From contig CAZYLR010000003.1 of NCBI GenBank assembly GCA_964648835.1, positions 1,302 to 33,354 on the forward strand: a DNA stretch of 32,053 nt, read 5' to 3'. This DNA is from an uncultured Candidatus Saccharibacteria bacterium (lineage in GTDB: Bacteria; Patescibacteriota; Minisyncoccia; Phycocordibacterales; Zambryskibacteraceae). Positions 9,373 to 18,983 of this stretch are shown here, piece by piece (position 1 is the first letter of the stretch; each line of letters begins with the position of its first letter). A program made the position numbers and the translations under genes. The notes beneath the pieces were generated by a model. The model saw only the letters and a program-made list of their open reading frames with translations, did no database searches and was not told the origin of the DNA.

Positions 9373-10469
9373 TTTTTGGATTCTTGATAGAAGCGTCTTA
9401 TCTGATTTGTAATGTTAATGATTTTGTCTTGTACCAAAGAATAGTGCACTGGTAGCGACAAGGATTCCTCCGCAATTTCTTCAGCAATCGGAAAATCGCC
9501 GGTTTTGTATCCTAGGGTTTTAAAAGCGGGAAGATACGGCAACGAAACTGCATAAGGATTCATTATGCGTATCCCGAGCTTATGCAAAAAGTCTGTCAGC
9601 TCTTTTTTCCTTTTGGTGCGTATAGAGAAACGATATCCATTCGTGAAATAGTTGGAACGTTCTTTCGGTAGTATCAGATCACCGACTCTTTTAAGAAGTT
9701 CCTGATACAAAAAATAATTTTCGCGCTGTTTTATTACATGCGATTCAAGAAATGGAAACTGTACGTTCAAGACTGCCGCGTGAAACGAACTTAACCGACT
9801 TGCAACACCGATAATTGCGTTGTTTGAGTGGGATTCTTTCAGAGTCGGCGCGCCATAGGTACGCATCATGGATATTTTCTCCGCTAGAGCCTTATCATTC
9901 GTAAAGACCATTCCCCCATCACCGAACCCATTGAGGATCTTAGTGTGATTTAAACTCAAACATATTAAATCACCGAATTGCCCTATCGATTTATCTTTGT
10001 ATCGTGATCCGACGGCCTGTGCCGCGTCAACAATTACTCGCAAGCCATGCTTTCGCGCAATTTCCAGAATAGGATCCATGTCCACCATTTTGCCGTCTAG
10101 ATGAACCGGTAAAATGGCTTTAGTTTTTGGCGTAATAACTGCCTCTATTTTCGAAACATCAATGTTGAATGTTTCCAAATCTACATCAACAAAAACCGGT
10201 GTCGCGTTTACCCAAGCAATAGCGCTAGCAGATGAGAAAAACCCGACTGTCGGCGTAACCACCTCGTCTCCCGGCTCAATGTCGCAGGCCTTAAGCGAAA
10301 GTATGAGCGCGTCAGTCCCGCTCCCAACACCGAATGCGTATTCCGCGCCGCAAAACTTGGCCAATTTTGTTTCTATCTCTTGTACCTCCCTCCCAAGTAT
10401 AAAATCCTTCTGGCGGATAACAGTCCAGAAAGCTAGGAGAATTTTTAGGTTTAAAAATTGATTAATCAT
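9369..10469 (-). CDS. DegT/DnrJ/EryC1/StrS PLP-dependent sugar aminotransferase
   Basis: SGTDAL, PVFVDV, PVHL.G, DAAQAVG, SLNHTKILNGFGDGG (catalytic Lys). Confidence 0.93.
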   Translation of the reverse strand: MINQFLNLKILLAFWTVIRQKDFILGREVQEIETKLAKFCGAEYAFGVGSGTDALILSLKACDIEPGDEVVTPTVGFFSSASAIAWVNATPVFVDVDLETFNIDVSKIEAVITPKTKAILPVHLDGKMVDMDPILEIARKHGLRVIVDAAQAVGSRYKDKSIGQFGDLICLSLNHTKILNGFGDGGMVFTNDKALAEKISMMRTYGAPTLKESHSNNAIIGVASRLSSFHAAVLNVQFPFLESHVIKQRENYFLYQELLKRVGDLILPKERSNYFTNGYRFSIRTKRKKELTDFLHKLGIRIMNPYAVSLPYLPAFKTLGYKTGDFPIAEEIAEESLSLPVHYSLVQDKIINITNQIRRFYQESKN

Positions 10470-10513
10470 TAATATGTTATATGCACTTTTTATAGTTTGT
10501 TATACTAGCATTT

Positions 10514-12964
10514 ATGTACCATTTTAGCAGAGCGTTCAAGCTGTTCACAATGATCCAGAATAAGGGGACAACCTACAAAGAATTGATAGAATTCTTGTAT
10601 GGCGAGACCCCACCCACGAATCATGATTTTTTGGCAAGAATTAATCCGTCTGTGGTTACGGAAACAATTAAATCGAATGCTTACGACGAAAAGGTATGTT
10701 ATGAAGAAAATCCAAATCCGAACGCTACGATCGGATTCCTGATCGAATATCCCTTTCACTACTATATCTATAAAAACATTTATCCGCATTTACCTGAATC
10801 GGAATTTATCGTTGATGCGATTTGGATACGCAGGAATGTAAAAAATTGGGAGGAACTCATCGAGGGTTTTACAAAATTTCTTAATGTCGAAAAAGTGCGA
10901 TTTCGTATTTTTCATACCGGGCTGGACGCCGACGAATTTTTTAAGAATTACCAAATACTGGTTTCCAATACCAATAAACCCATTCTTGATCTACCCTGCA
11001 ACCAGAAGAAGAAAAAAGTTCGAGTGATGTACGGACATAGCAAAGACCTTTGGAACTTCGGCCCTTGGTCGCGCGTTTTTGATCTCGCGCTCGTTTACGG
11101 GCCATACAGCCACAAGTATGTCCGCAATTATACCCACAGCGTCGTAGTGGGAAACGCCCGGTTTGACGGCTGGTTTAGCGGTGAAGTAGATAAAGGCATT
11201 CCTGCAGATCTAAAAAAACGTTTAGATCCCCATAAAAAAACCATTTTATATTTACCCACCCACGGCAATCTTTGTTCTTTGGAGTTTATTACAGTAGCGA
11301 TGCCGGAGTTGCTTGCCAATTACAATTTCATCATTAAACCGCACCAATTGACCCTTTACGCTGACCCAGAGCGGCTCGATAAATTCCGCCAATTTATTAT
11401 AGATGACCCAAACAGCGAACGGATTATATGGGTGGATGACTACTCCGATCTTGTCGGTTTGCTTGCTGCCTCGGACGTAATCATCTCGGACAATAGCGGC
11501 GCCATCTTTGACGCGGTACTACTTGATAAGCCGATAGTGCTTATTGATACCTTGACTGATCAATTTTTCGAAAAAGAGATGTGGAACATCGAAAAGCGCG
11601 GCAAGGATGTTTGGGATATTCCCTTATCATATCCCGGTAGTATTGAACAGCAAATCAAGCATGATAAACAAATGCAAGTCGGTGAGAATGTCAGAGACGC
11701 TCAGGAACTGTCCGATGCTATCGCGCACGCGCTTTCCGGCATTGAACGTGAAGCAGGCCGCAGAAAACGTATCAAGGATCTAATTTTTTCTTATCGGGAC
11801 GGGTCATCGGGCCGGAGGTCGGCGAGTGCTATCAGATCTTTGGTGAAATCAGAATCGAGAGAGAAAACATTCCTAGCATTACAAGCCGAGATGGAGGTCT
11901 CGAGAAATACTATTTTTTTAAAAGAGATGATAGCTGATTTGCAGCGCGTCGCACGTTCATACTTTAGGGTATCCCCTTTATACGAAGAACGTGACGGTCT
12001 AAATTTAGTGCAGTTTAGTATTATTGTCCCAACTTTTAACAATTGTGAATCGTTGGAAGATACTCTAAATTCACTGGTGAGACAGCGTGATATAGAAAGG
12101 AGATCATTCGAAATTATTGTAGTTAATGACGGTTCCCATGATGCCACGACGGAAGTGGCGCGGAAATTTATTCGAGATCATCCGCAACAAAAAATCCTAT
12201 ATTTAAAATATCCTCAAAATAAAGGCGCGGGGTTTGCGAGAAATACGGGCATTTTGCGTGCGAGGGGAGATTATATCGCTTTCACCGATGATGATTGCAT
12301 AGTTCCACTCGATTGGCTGGTTAATTTCCAAAAGGATTTTGAAGAGAATCCAGAAGTTGTCGGCGTCGGCGGGTGGCATCAGTGGCACAAAACAGCGAAC
12401 GCAAAAAAGTTAAGCATAGTTGGAAAATATTTGGCATGGCAGGTGTCTCCGATGGAAAAACTTCCCAATAAATCTTTTAGATGGGCGGAGACTAATATTT
12501 GCGGGAATACTTCCAATGTTTGTTATCGTAAATCTGTGTTAAAAGAAGTTGGGGGGTTCAGTCACTACTATCCCGCAGCTACTGTGGAGGACACGGAATT
12601 GGCAATCCGAATTCATAAAGCAAAATTTCAACTACTTTACTTGCCGCGAATGGTTATGCATAAGAAAAAATATTCTTTACACGGTTTTGTAAAGAATAAT
12701 CTATTGCGTGGGTTAGCAAACCATATTACAAGTAAAATTCACCCTGATTATAATTATCTTTTCAATATTTCTGGCTGGAACGGACTGTTTATCTTGTGTA
12801 GAAACTTGATACATATCTTCAGTTCTAAATTCGGCGCGGCGCCTTTGCGTTTCCCCGAAAGATTTCTATTTGCTGGTATTTCTATACTAATGAATTTTTG
12901 CCTTGTAATTGGTAAATATTCCACTGCCATGGCTGTTCTCAAGAAAAAGACTCAGCCGCATTGA
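10514..12964 (+). CDS. CDP-glycerol glycerophosphotransferase (TagB/TagF-like) fused to a GT2 glycosyltransferase
   Basis: GNARFD, ILYLPT, IKPH, DVIISDNS motifs; then IIVPTFN, VNDGS, ARNTG, FTDDD, EDTEL. Confidence 0.88.
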   Translation: MYHFSRAFKLFTMIQNKGTTYKELIEFLYGETPPTNHDFLARINPSVVTETIKSNAYDEKVCYEENPNPNATIGFLIEYPFHYYIYKNIYPHLPESEFIVDAIWIRRNVKNWEELIEGFTKFLNVEKVRFRIFHTGLDADEFFKNYQILVSNTNKPILDLPCNQKKKKVRVMYGHSKDLWNFGPWSRVFDLALVYGPYSHKYVRNYTHSVVVGNARFDGWFSGEVDKGIPADLKKRLDPHKKTILYLPTHGNLCSLEFITVAMPELLANYNFIIKPHQLTLYADPERLDKFRQFIIDDPNSERIIWVDDYSDLVGLLAASDVIISDNSGAIFDAVLLDKPIVLIDTLTDQFFEKEMWNIEKRGKDVWDIPLSYPGSIEQQIKHDKQMQVGENVRDAQELSDAIAHALSGIEREAGRRKRIKDLIFSYRDGSSGRRSASAIRSLVKSESREKTFLALQAEMEVSRNTIFLKEMIADLQRVARSYFRVSPLYEERDGLNLVQFSIIVPTFNNCESLEDTLNSLVRQRDIERRSFEIIVVNDGSHDATTEVARKFIRDHPQQKILYLKYPQNKGAGFARNTGILRARGDYIAFTDDDCIVPLDWLVNFQKDFEENPEVVGVGGWHQWHKTANAKKLSIVGKYLAWQVSPMEKLPNKSFRWAETNICGNTSNVCYRKSVLKEVGGFSHYYPAATVEDTELAIRIHKAKFQLLYLPRMVMHKKKYSLHGFVKNNLLRGLANHITSKIHPDYNYLFNISGWNGLFILCRNLIHIFSSKFGAAPLRFPERFLFAGISILMNFCLVIGKYSTAMAVLKKKTQPH

Positions 12965-12967
12965 TTT

Positions 12968-14323
12968 CTAGTGAAAACTCTTAATAAAAATGGGTGTTTT
13001 CCCTTCTGTGTTTGGCAATATCTCCGAAACTTTATCAAGCTCGCAGGCAATTTCATTATTAAGCAACGATTGTAGTGTTTTTAGGAGCCGCTCACCAACC
13101 GCTGGAGAGTAGCGCACCGAAGGGATAAAGCGAAATACTAATTTATCCGGCGCGGTCTGCTCAAACTGGTAACGTGCAATCTCATCATGGAAATCTCTCG
13201 CCATAGCAGATGAAATGGCCAGAAACATTACCGATTTGCCACTAGGCATCTCGATACTGCCACCGGTACGTCCGGTGAACGTAATAGTCTTTGTCTGTCT
13301 TCCGCAAGAACACGGCTCTGAATTGATCATGCCCCTGTCTCCAATGTCATACCTAATAAAAGGCATGACTCTATTAAAAAAATAGGTAACCACCACATTT
13401 CCTTCTGAGTTACATGGAAGTGGTTCCCCATTGTTGCCTGTAATTTCAACATAATTTAGCCATGGAATAAGATGATTACCACCATATTTACATTGGAAAG
13501 CGATCATGGAACATTCCCTTGTCCCATAACTCGAAAAAATCTTACCTTCAAAAAATCTTGACAAATTCATTATTTCTTTTTGGTCAATGTATTCTCCGCG
13601 ATATAAAATATGTTCAAATTTTAATAAGACCCCATCTTCTTTAGAAAAATAAGCCAAACGCCGCAGGAGAGCGGGAGTTATAACGAGGATTTTTGGTTTC
13701 ACTTCTAAAATCCAGGGATAGAAAACTTGTTTCCGGTTCTTTTCTCCTTCAATCTGACTTCCTAGAAATTGCTTTCCAATTTTCTGCAAATAGTAATGGG
13801 TTTGTAAACCTACAATCGCGATTGATCCTTTTAGTGTACCGTTGAATCGAAGCTCCTCATAAAATGCCGCAGTCCTTGTTGCTAATTCTAAAGTATCTTG
13901 GTAAAAAGAAAGGGGTTCACCCGTAGAACCTGACGTTGAATTTGGAAGTAACCGACGAGGAGAAGTGGAATCTGTAAGCAGTTGCGTGAGCGGAAGTTTT
14001 TTTATTTTTCCACGAGTGATAATGGGTATATTTTTAAAATCTACTTGGTGATTATCTTCATCCGCTTTTCTGAAGAAGGTGGCATAGTAGTCGATATGTT
14101 CTTTCGCAAAGTGGATTATCTCATTTATTTTCCTAATCTGGATCGTTTCCCAATCGGTTCGCGAGAAATCGTCTGTTTGTCGAAGTGCCCACCCGATGGG
14201 GTATACTGCAAGGATAAAACGGTAAAGCCAAAGATTCCAGAAACTTATTTGAAGAGTTGGAAACCAGTAATCGATTAATTTCTTTGCCAAAAAAATTTTC
14301 AAGTGAACAAAAAATTGTCTCAT
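12968..14323 (-). CDS. Phenylacetate-CoA ligase family / CapK-like adenylating enzyme
   Basis: TSGSTGEP, YGTRE, PFIRYDIGD, GR motifs. Confidence 0.88.
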   Translation of the reverse strand: MRQFFVHLKIFLAKKLIDYWFPTLQISFWNLWLYRFILAVYPIGWALRQTDDFSRTDWETIQIRKINEIIHFAKEHIDYYATFFRKADEDNHQVDFKNIPIITRGKIKKLPLTQLLTDSTSPRRLLPNSTSGSTGEPLSFYQDTLELATRTAAFYEELRFNGTLKGSIAIVGLQTHYYLQKIGKQFLGSQIEGEKNRKQVFYPWILEVKPKILVITPALLRRLAYFSKEDGVLLKFEHILYRGEYIDQKEIMNLSRFFEGKIFSSYGTRECSMIAFQCKYGGNHLIPWLNYVEITGNNGEPLPCNSEGNVVVTYFFNRVMPFIRYDIGDRGMINSEPCSCGRQTKTITFTGRTGGSIEMPSGKSVMFLAISSAMARDFHDEIARYQFEQTAPDKLVFRFIPSVRYSPAVGERLLKTLQSLLNNEIACELDKVSEILPNTEGKTPIFIKSFH

Positions 14324-14330
14324 GAGAAAT

Positions 14331-14735
14331 TCAGTTGCTATCTTCGGGGGGGTTGTACAGAATGTACCACAACCCTGCCCTCTTACATAAATACATCACG
14401 CGTTGAGATGTCTGAGGAAGGAGATTGCCCAATATTTCTAGATAGCGTACAAAGAATACTTTGGCGGTCTCTTTGGTTACGGTTCGGATAATTATATCCT
14501 CAAAACAGAGTTCTTTCGTTCGAGGTGAGAAATTGCGGATGTTTTCAATAAACTTGTTTTTTTCTGGCTTGGTGTATTCTCCGGTTGACAAGCGGAAAAT
14601 GTACAAATCCGATAAGGTATCGAAATCGCGACCACGTATCGCGCTTATTAGTTTCTCCAGAAACTTAGCAACCCCCCGCTCATCTTCGGTGACCGGACGC
14701 TCAAGATAAGATAGTGAAACCCTCATATCACACAA
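14331..14735 (-). CDS. Small hypothetical protein, possibly NTF2/SnoaL-like fold
   Basis: AIRGRDFDTLSDLY helix and C-terminal K..G.WYI strand; start uncertain (alternative ATG 14726). Confidence 0.6.
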   Translation of the reverse strand: MCDMRVSLSYLERPVTEDERGVAKFLEKLISAIRGRDFDTLSDLYIFRLSTGEYTKPEKNKFIENIRNFSPRTKELCFEDIIIRTVTKETAKVFFVRYLEILGNLLPQTSQRVMYLCKRAGLWYILYNPPEDSN

Positions 14736-14786
14736 GTTTATTGATAGCTAGTATAGCACCACCTCGTGCTAATATAATAGGAGATC

Positions 14787-16160
14787 ATGAAATTCTCTGT
14801 TGCTCGATTATTAGCCGCTAGTTTTCTTACTGGAGAACCCGTTTCTCTTAAGTTGGGATTATTGAGTAACTCCACAACGGAAAATGTTGAAGTACTTCTG
14901 AACACGATTGCTTTAAAGCGAACGTGTTTTTGGGCTGAGCGTGAAATTTATGTCTTGCAGTTGGCAAAACTAAAACAGTTGCTTTATTGGGCAAAATCTG
15001 TCCCTTATTGGCAAGCGCATTTGCGGAGAATAAATTTTACCTCATTTTCCTCTTTGGGACAGATTTCTAAGTTACCGATTACAACAAGACAAAGTCTAAC
15101 CCTTGTTCCTCTCGAAAATAGAAGTGATGTAGCAAAAGCTAAAAACAGTAGGGCCGTAATCGGCACCACCTCGGGCTCCACGGGCCATCCTTTGCAATTT
15201 TATCGAAGTAAAATTTCTAAAATTAGGACTAGGGGAATTTACCAGTTAATCATGGAGCAGGCCGCGCATATGGGGGGTCTCGCTTGGGGAAACCCACGAG
15301 CTTTCAATCTCGGTATCCAGCGACAGCAGACCTTATACCCATGGGCGGAGTTCTTGTGGGGCACCAAATTGGAGGAGGCGCAGAAAAATCGGACAGAGTT
15401 TTATGAAATATTACGTTCTCGCAAGATCCAGATTTTATACACAAACGCTTCATATTTGAAACGTCTGTACTACTGGATGGATAAAGACAACGAGTTTTTC
15501 CAATTCCGATGTATTGTGTATATAGCACAGCAACTCAATAAGCGAGAACGGAGTGAACTTGAAAAATTTTTCAAATGTCCAACACTTTCTATTTACGGTA
15601 CCCAGGAGTGTTCGGTTATAGGAATAGAATGCTCGGAGCAACAAGAAGTATTCCACATGGTGCCAGAACTTGGTTATTTGGAAATAACTGATTACAGGAA
15701 ACGGGATCTTCCAATCGGACAAATCGGAGAAGTCACGTATACTTATTTTGAAAACGAGATTAGCCCTTTTATCCGATATCAAGTGGGTGATCAGGGAAAA
15801 ATCGAACCAAGAGGACGGTGTGCTTGCGGAAAAAGTGGCGAAGTATTATTTTTTGAGGGCAAAACGGCAGAAATCATTGATCTTCCTGATGGAAGCGGCG
15901 TTATTGTTAAGGCAATTTCTATCGCGATTGATGAGGCCTTAGCGGGAAGAATATACCAATTCCAACTTATTCAAGAAGGTCACAAAACGCTTCGGATCAA
16001 GATTATTCCCAAAGACGAATTCAATAATGAAGAAGAGGACTCTTTAGTCACAAAAATTACTTCAATGTTGCACTACTCTATGGACGTGGTAGTAGAAAAA
16101 GTCAAAGTAATACCGTCGGGACTCTTGGAAAAAACCCCACTTTTTATCAAATCCGTCTAA
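14787..16160 (+). CDS. Second phenylacetate-CoA ligase family / CapK-like adenylating enzyme
   Basis: TSGSTGHP, YGTQE, PFIRYQVGD. Confidence 0.88.
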   Translation: MKFSVARLLAASFLTGEPVSLKLGLLSNSTTENVEVLLNTIALKRTCFWAEREIYVLQLAKLKQLLYWAKSVPYWQAHLRRINFTSFSSLGQISKLPITTRQSLTLVPLENRSDVAKAKNSRAVIGTTSGSTGHPLQFYRSKISKIRTRGIYQLIMEQAAHMGGLAWGNPRAFNLGIQRQQTLYPWAEFLWGTKLEEAQKNRTEFYEILRSRKIQILYTNASYLKRLYYWMDKDNEFFQFRCIVYIAQQLNKRERSELEKFFKCPTLSIYGTQECSVIGIECSEQQEVFHMVPELGYLEITDYRKRDLPIGQIGEVTYTYFENEISPFIRYQVGDQGKIEPRGRCACGKSGEVLFFEGKTAEIIDLPDGSGVIVKAISIAIDEALAGRIYQFQLIQEGHKTLRIKIIPKDEFNNEEEDSLVTKITSMLHYSMDVVVEKVKVIPSGLLEKTPLFIKSV

Positions 16161-16167
16161 AAATAAT

Positions 16168-16205
16168 ACGCGGGTTACGACCTCTTGTTAGGTCGTAACC
16201 CGCGT
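16168..16205. terminator. Hairpin terminator between convergent genes
   Basis: Perfect 16-bp inverted repeat ACGCGGGTTACGACCT-cttgtt-AGGTCGTAACCCGCGT. Confidence 0.75.
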
Positions 16206-16222
16206 TTCCCGCTGGCCCTGGG

Positions 16223-16714
16223 TTACTTTTCCTTGTAAAACTTGCCGCTGATCGGCGCTCTCCCGCTGGGAGTGAATGTTCCGTCGAGCATCCCGCCGAA
16301 GACTGTGGAATAGGTGAGATCCCAGGCGCCCTCACCGAGCCGGATCCCCACCCTGATAACGCCCTTCTCGTTGCTTGCGACCAACTTGGCGTGAGGCACA
16401 TCCCTGCCGTTCACCTTGTAGTTCTTGATGACGGCGTTACCGTCGGCACCCACCGACACCGCCTCGAAAGTGGAGACGAAGCTCTGATTCGTGTCGTACT
16501 TCCACTTCCCAAGAAGAGGGTCGAGACCCTTCTTCTCTGACAGCGCGGCCGGCACGGCCTCCTTCGGGGCGTTCTGTGCGAGGACGGGCTTGTCGGTGGT
16601 TACCATCTGTTGCTGGGCGAGAGCCACGTCCGCATTGAACGTGGCGACGGGGCTCGTGAGCGTGAAGACGCCCACGAACACGAAGATGAGAACTGCCGCG
16701 AGATTCGCCTTCAT
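16223..16714 (-). CDS. GC-rich secreted hypothetical protein
   Basis: SD AAGGAGG, signal peptide (ALA-Q), upstream TTGACA-17bp-TATTCT; a sampled 60-nt line is about 63% GC. Confidence 0.75.
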   Translation of the reverse strand: MKANLAAVLIFVFVGVFTLTSPVATFNADVALAQQQMVTTDKPVLAQNAPKEAVPAALSEKKGLDPLLGKWKYDTNQSFVSTFEAVSVGADGNAVIKNYKVNGRDVPHAKLVASNEKGVIRVGIRLGEGAWDLTYSTVFGGMLDGTFTPSGRAPISGKFYKEK

Positions 16715-16792
16715 GGCTGCCTCCTTGGCTAGGGGTTAAAGTCTCGAGCCAGAACACACTACGGGGCAAGCATTCTTGTCCCTCTGAAGACC

Positions 16793-16821
16793 AGAATACA
16801 CGTATACAGGTTTATTGTCAA
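16793..16821 (-). promoter_or_regulatory. Sigma70-type promoter
   Basis: TTGACA-N17-TATTCT on the minus strand. Confidence 0.65.
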
Positions 16822-16909
16822 GAGGTTCTCGGTGGATATCTTGTGGATATCTTTAGATAAAGTTTGTTCCCGGGAAATATTTCTGTTACATTAAACTTAA
16901 CTCAAGTAT

Positions 16910-17683
16910 ATGCGAAACATCATCTCCTGGAATGTTAATGGGCTTAGGGCAGTACATCGCAAGGGAAACATCGAGCAGGTGTTACATATGAAACCGGATA
17001 TTCTCTGCATCCAGGAGACCAAATCACTACCTGAACAGCTATCGACAGAGTTAAAAGAGCCAGAGGGCTACTATTCGTACTTCCACTTCCCTACCCAGAA
17101 AAAGGGTTATAGCGGCGTAGCTATATATTCTAAAGAAGAGCCTTTAAAAGTTTCACGTGACATGGGTATAGAAGAATTTGACCAAGAAGGAAGGCTAATT
17201 ATAGCTGAATATAAGGATTTCACATTGATAAATTGTTATTTCCCCAATGGCGGAGGGGCCCCGGAGCGGCTCCGGTACAAGCTTGATTTTTATGATTATT
17301 TCCTAGAATTCATAAATAAGTTACACAAGAAACAACTGAATATTATCTTCTGCGGCGACTTGAATGTAGCCCACAAGCCAATAGATCTAGCCAGACCGAA
17401 AGAAAATGAAACTCATGTTGGTTTCCTACCAATAGAGAGAGCTTGGATAGATAAACTTATTTCTCATAATTGGATAGATGTCTTTCGACACTTTTACCCT
17501 GATCGGACGGAAGCTTATACATATTGGGATATGAAGACTTTTGCCCGAGAAAGAAATGTGGGATGGAGGATAGACTACTTTTTCTCTTCTCCGGAAATGC
17601 TAGGAAAAATAAAATCCATAGAAATACTTGACAACATTTTAGGTTCAGACCATTGCCCTATCCAACTAGTCCTAAAGGACTAG
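16910..17683 (+). CDS. xth: Exodeoxyribonuclease III / AP endonuclease
   Basis: SWNVNGLRA, CIQETK, KKGYSGVA, GDLNVAH, GWRIDY, GSDHCP. Confidence 0.97.
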   Translation: MRNIISWNVNGLRAVHRKGNIEQVLHMKPDILCIQETKSLPEQLSTELKEPEGYYSYFHFPTQKKGYSGVAIYSKEEPLKVSRDMGIEEFDQEGRLIIAEYKDFTLINCYFPNGGGAPERLRYKLDFYDYFLEFINKLHKKQLNIIFCGDLNVAHKPIDLARPKENETHVGFLPIERAWIDKLISHNWIDVFRHFYPDRTEAYTYWDMKTFARERNVGWRIDYFFSSPEMLGKIKSIEILDNILGSDHCPIQLVLKD

Positions 17684-17748
17684 TAAACCCTAAATTCTAA
17701 GCCCTAAATTCTAAATTTTAGGATTTAGAAATTAGGATTTAGGATTTA
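17684..17748. repeat. Inverted array of degenerate 7-mers
   Basis: About 5 x TAAATYC-like followed by about 4 x TAGGATT-like units. Confidence 0.8.
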
Positions 17749-17778
17749 AAAAGACAAGTTATCCACACCTTGTCTTTT
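17749..17778. promoter_or_regulatory. 10-bp hairpin with a DnaA box in its loop
   Basis: AAAAGACAAG-TTATCCACAC-CTTGTCTTTT. Confidence 0.6.
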
Positions 17779-17789
17779 ATATTTGTCCT

Positions 17790-18008
17790 TTATGAGATAG
17801 AGTAGACGCAGGCGCTTGGCGGGTATTCTCGGTTCTCTAATCGAGATTGGAATCCAAGCATGTGTTCTTGGAAGGCCATTCCAGTTGCCGGAAACTCATT
17901 CTGGTTTGGGAGTTTGGGCAAGGATGACGAACCCTCAACTTTATTTATTTTTGGTCCCGTGCATCCAGTAGTCCTGTTCTCTTTTTCTGGAATGATTTTC
18001 CTTGGCAT
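17790..18008 (-). CDS. Possible small hypothetical protein
   Basis: 72-aa ORF in an otherwise empty gap; no recognisable motif. Confidence 0.3.
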   Translation of the reverse strand: MPRKIIPEKENRTTGCTGPKINKVEGSSSLPKLPNQNEFPATGMAFQEHMLGFQSRLENREYPPSACVYSIS

Positions 18009-18143
18009 CCCGAAGCTCGCAAGAGCGAAGGATGCCCGATCTCGCTTAAGGCGGGACGAACCCGCTAGCAGATCGCCTGCTGGCGGTTTTTGTTCCGACG
18101 CAAACTGTCGTTTGGTCGGAATCCCGACCTGAGCGTCGGGATT
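18004..18143. repeat. Cluster of five consecutive GC-rich hairpins (REP-like or structured RNA)
   Basis: GGCATCC/GGATGCC, CTCGC/GCGGG, CCGCTAGCAG/CTGCTGGCGG+T5, TCCGAC/GTCGGA, AATCCCGAC/GTCGGGATT. Confidence 0.7.
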
Positions 18144-18239
18144 TATAAAAATTCTGTCTTTGACTAATTAACAAATAAAAACTGATGGATGTAAAAAGTT
18201 GTTTATTTAAAGGAAAACTAGACAATAAATTAGTCAGAC

Positions 18240-18248
18240 TGTGGATAA
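18240..18248 (-). promoter_or_regulatory. DnaA-box consensus (TGTGGATAA on +)
   Basis: Exact 9-mer upstream of yraN. Confidence 0.5.
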
Positions 18249-18362
18249 TTGTGTGGAAGATGGGGACTAAAAGACATAGTATAATGGTCAAATGTCCTTA
18301 CTTGCCTACCGGCAGACAGGATTTAAGCCCTTTTTTAAAATATAAGTTTCGCGTGAAACTTT

Positions 18363-18734
18363 ATGGTTAATAGAACAGAAAAAAGGAAGTTAGGAGATAT
18401 CGGGGAAAATATAGCTTGTGATTTTTTGAAAAGTAGGGGATTTGAAATTATAGAAAGAAATTATCTTAGAAAATGGGGGGAGATAGACATTGTCACCAGA
18501 AAGTCTAATCTTATTCATTTCATAGAAGTAAAGAGCGTTACACATGGAACATCTGAATACAGGCCTGAAGATAATATGCACCCATGGAAACTGAAGCGGT
18601 TATCACGAGCTATGCAAACGTATTTATTGGACAGAAAGCTAGATTGCGACTGGCAATTAGACCTCGTAACGGTCAAAATTGACCAACAAAACCGAAAGGC
18701 AAGGGTGGAAATAATCGAAAATGTGATTATCTAG
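18363..18734 (+). CDS. yraN: YraN family (UPF0102) PD-(D/E)XK protein
   Basis: G.IGE.IA..FL, ERNY..KWGEIDIV, FIEVK. Confidence 0.95.
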   Translation: MVNRTEKRKLGDIGENIACDFLKSRGFEIIERNYLRKWGEIDIVTRKSNLIHFIEVKSVTHGTSEYRPEDNMHPWKLKRLSRAMQTYLLDRKLDCDWQLDLVTVKIDQQNRKARVEIIENVII

Positions 18735-18805
18735 TGCGGGATACCGTAATCGAAACGGTGACTACAGTTTGGAAAACTGTCGTTTTGCCACTAAACTAAT
18801 CCCGC
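18735..18805 (-). tRNA. tRNA-Gly(TCC)
   Basis: Cloverleaf GCGGGAT/ATCCCGC, anticodon arm ACAGT-TTTCCAA-ACTGT; no encoded CCA. Confidence 0.93.
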
Positions 18806-18912
18806 GAGATTTAAATGTATCAGAATAAGAGTAGCCATTCAATTTATCGGATTAACTGAAGTTGAACTGTTGATAAATTACCCCGGTAAAAATGCTATGA
18901 TTTTAGAGTGTC

Positions 18913-18983
18913 CGGGCCATGGGGTAGTGGTAGCCTACATCTATGGGGTAGATGCAGCGGCGGTTCAATTCCGCCTGGCCCGA
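18913..18983 (+). tRNA. tRNA-Pro(GGG)
   Basis: CGGGCCA/TGGCCCG-A, anticodon arm CATCT-ATGGGGT-AGATG, T loop TTCAATT. Confidence 0.93.

Noticed and set aside
17790-18143. RNase P, tmRNA or SRP RNA
   Set aside because: No GAGGAAAGUCC/CGGCUUA, tRNA-like ends or SRP helix-8 motif found.
17749-18260. Replication origin
   Set aside because: Only two perfect DnaA boxes about 480 bp apart, no dnaA/dnaN nearby, and similar boxes are scattered elsewhere in the window.
18870-18983. N-terminal extension of the 326-aa ORF
   Set aside because: It overlaps an intact tRNA-Pro(GGG); GTG 18984 is the better start.
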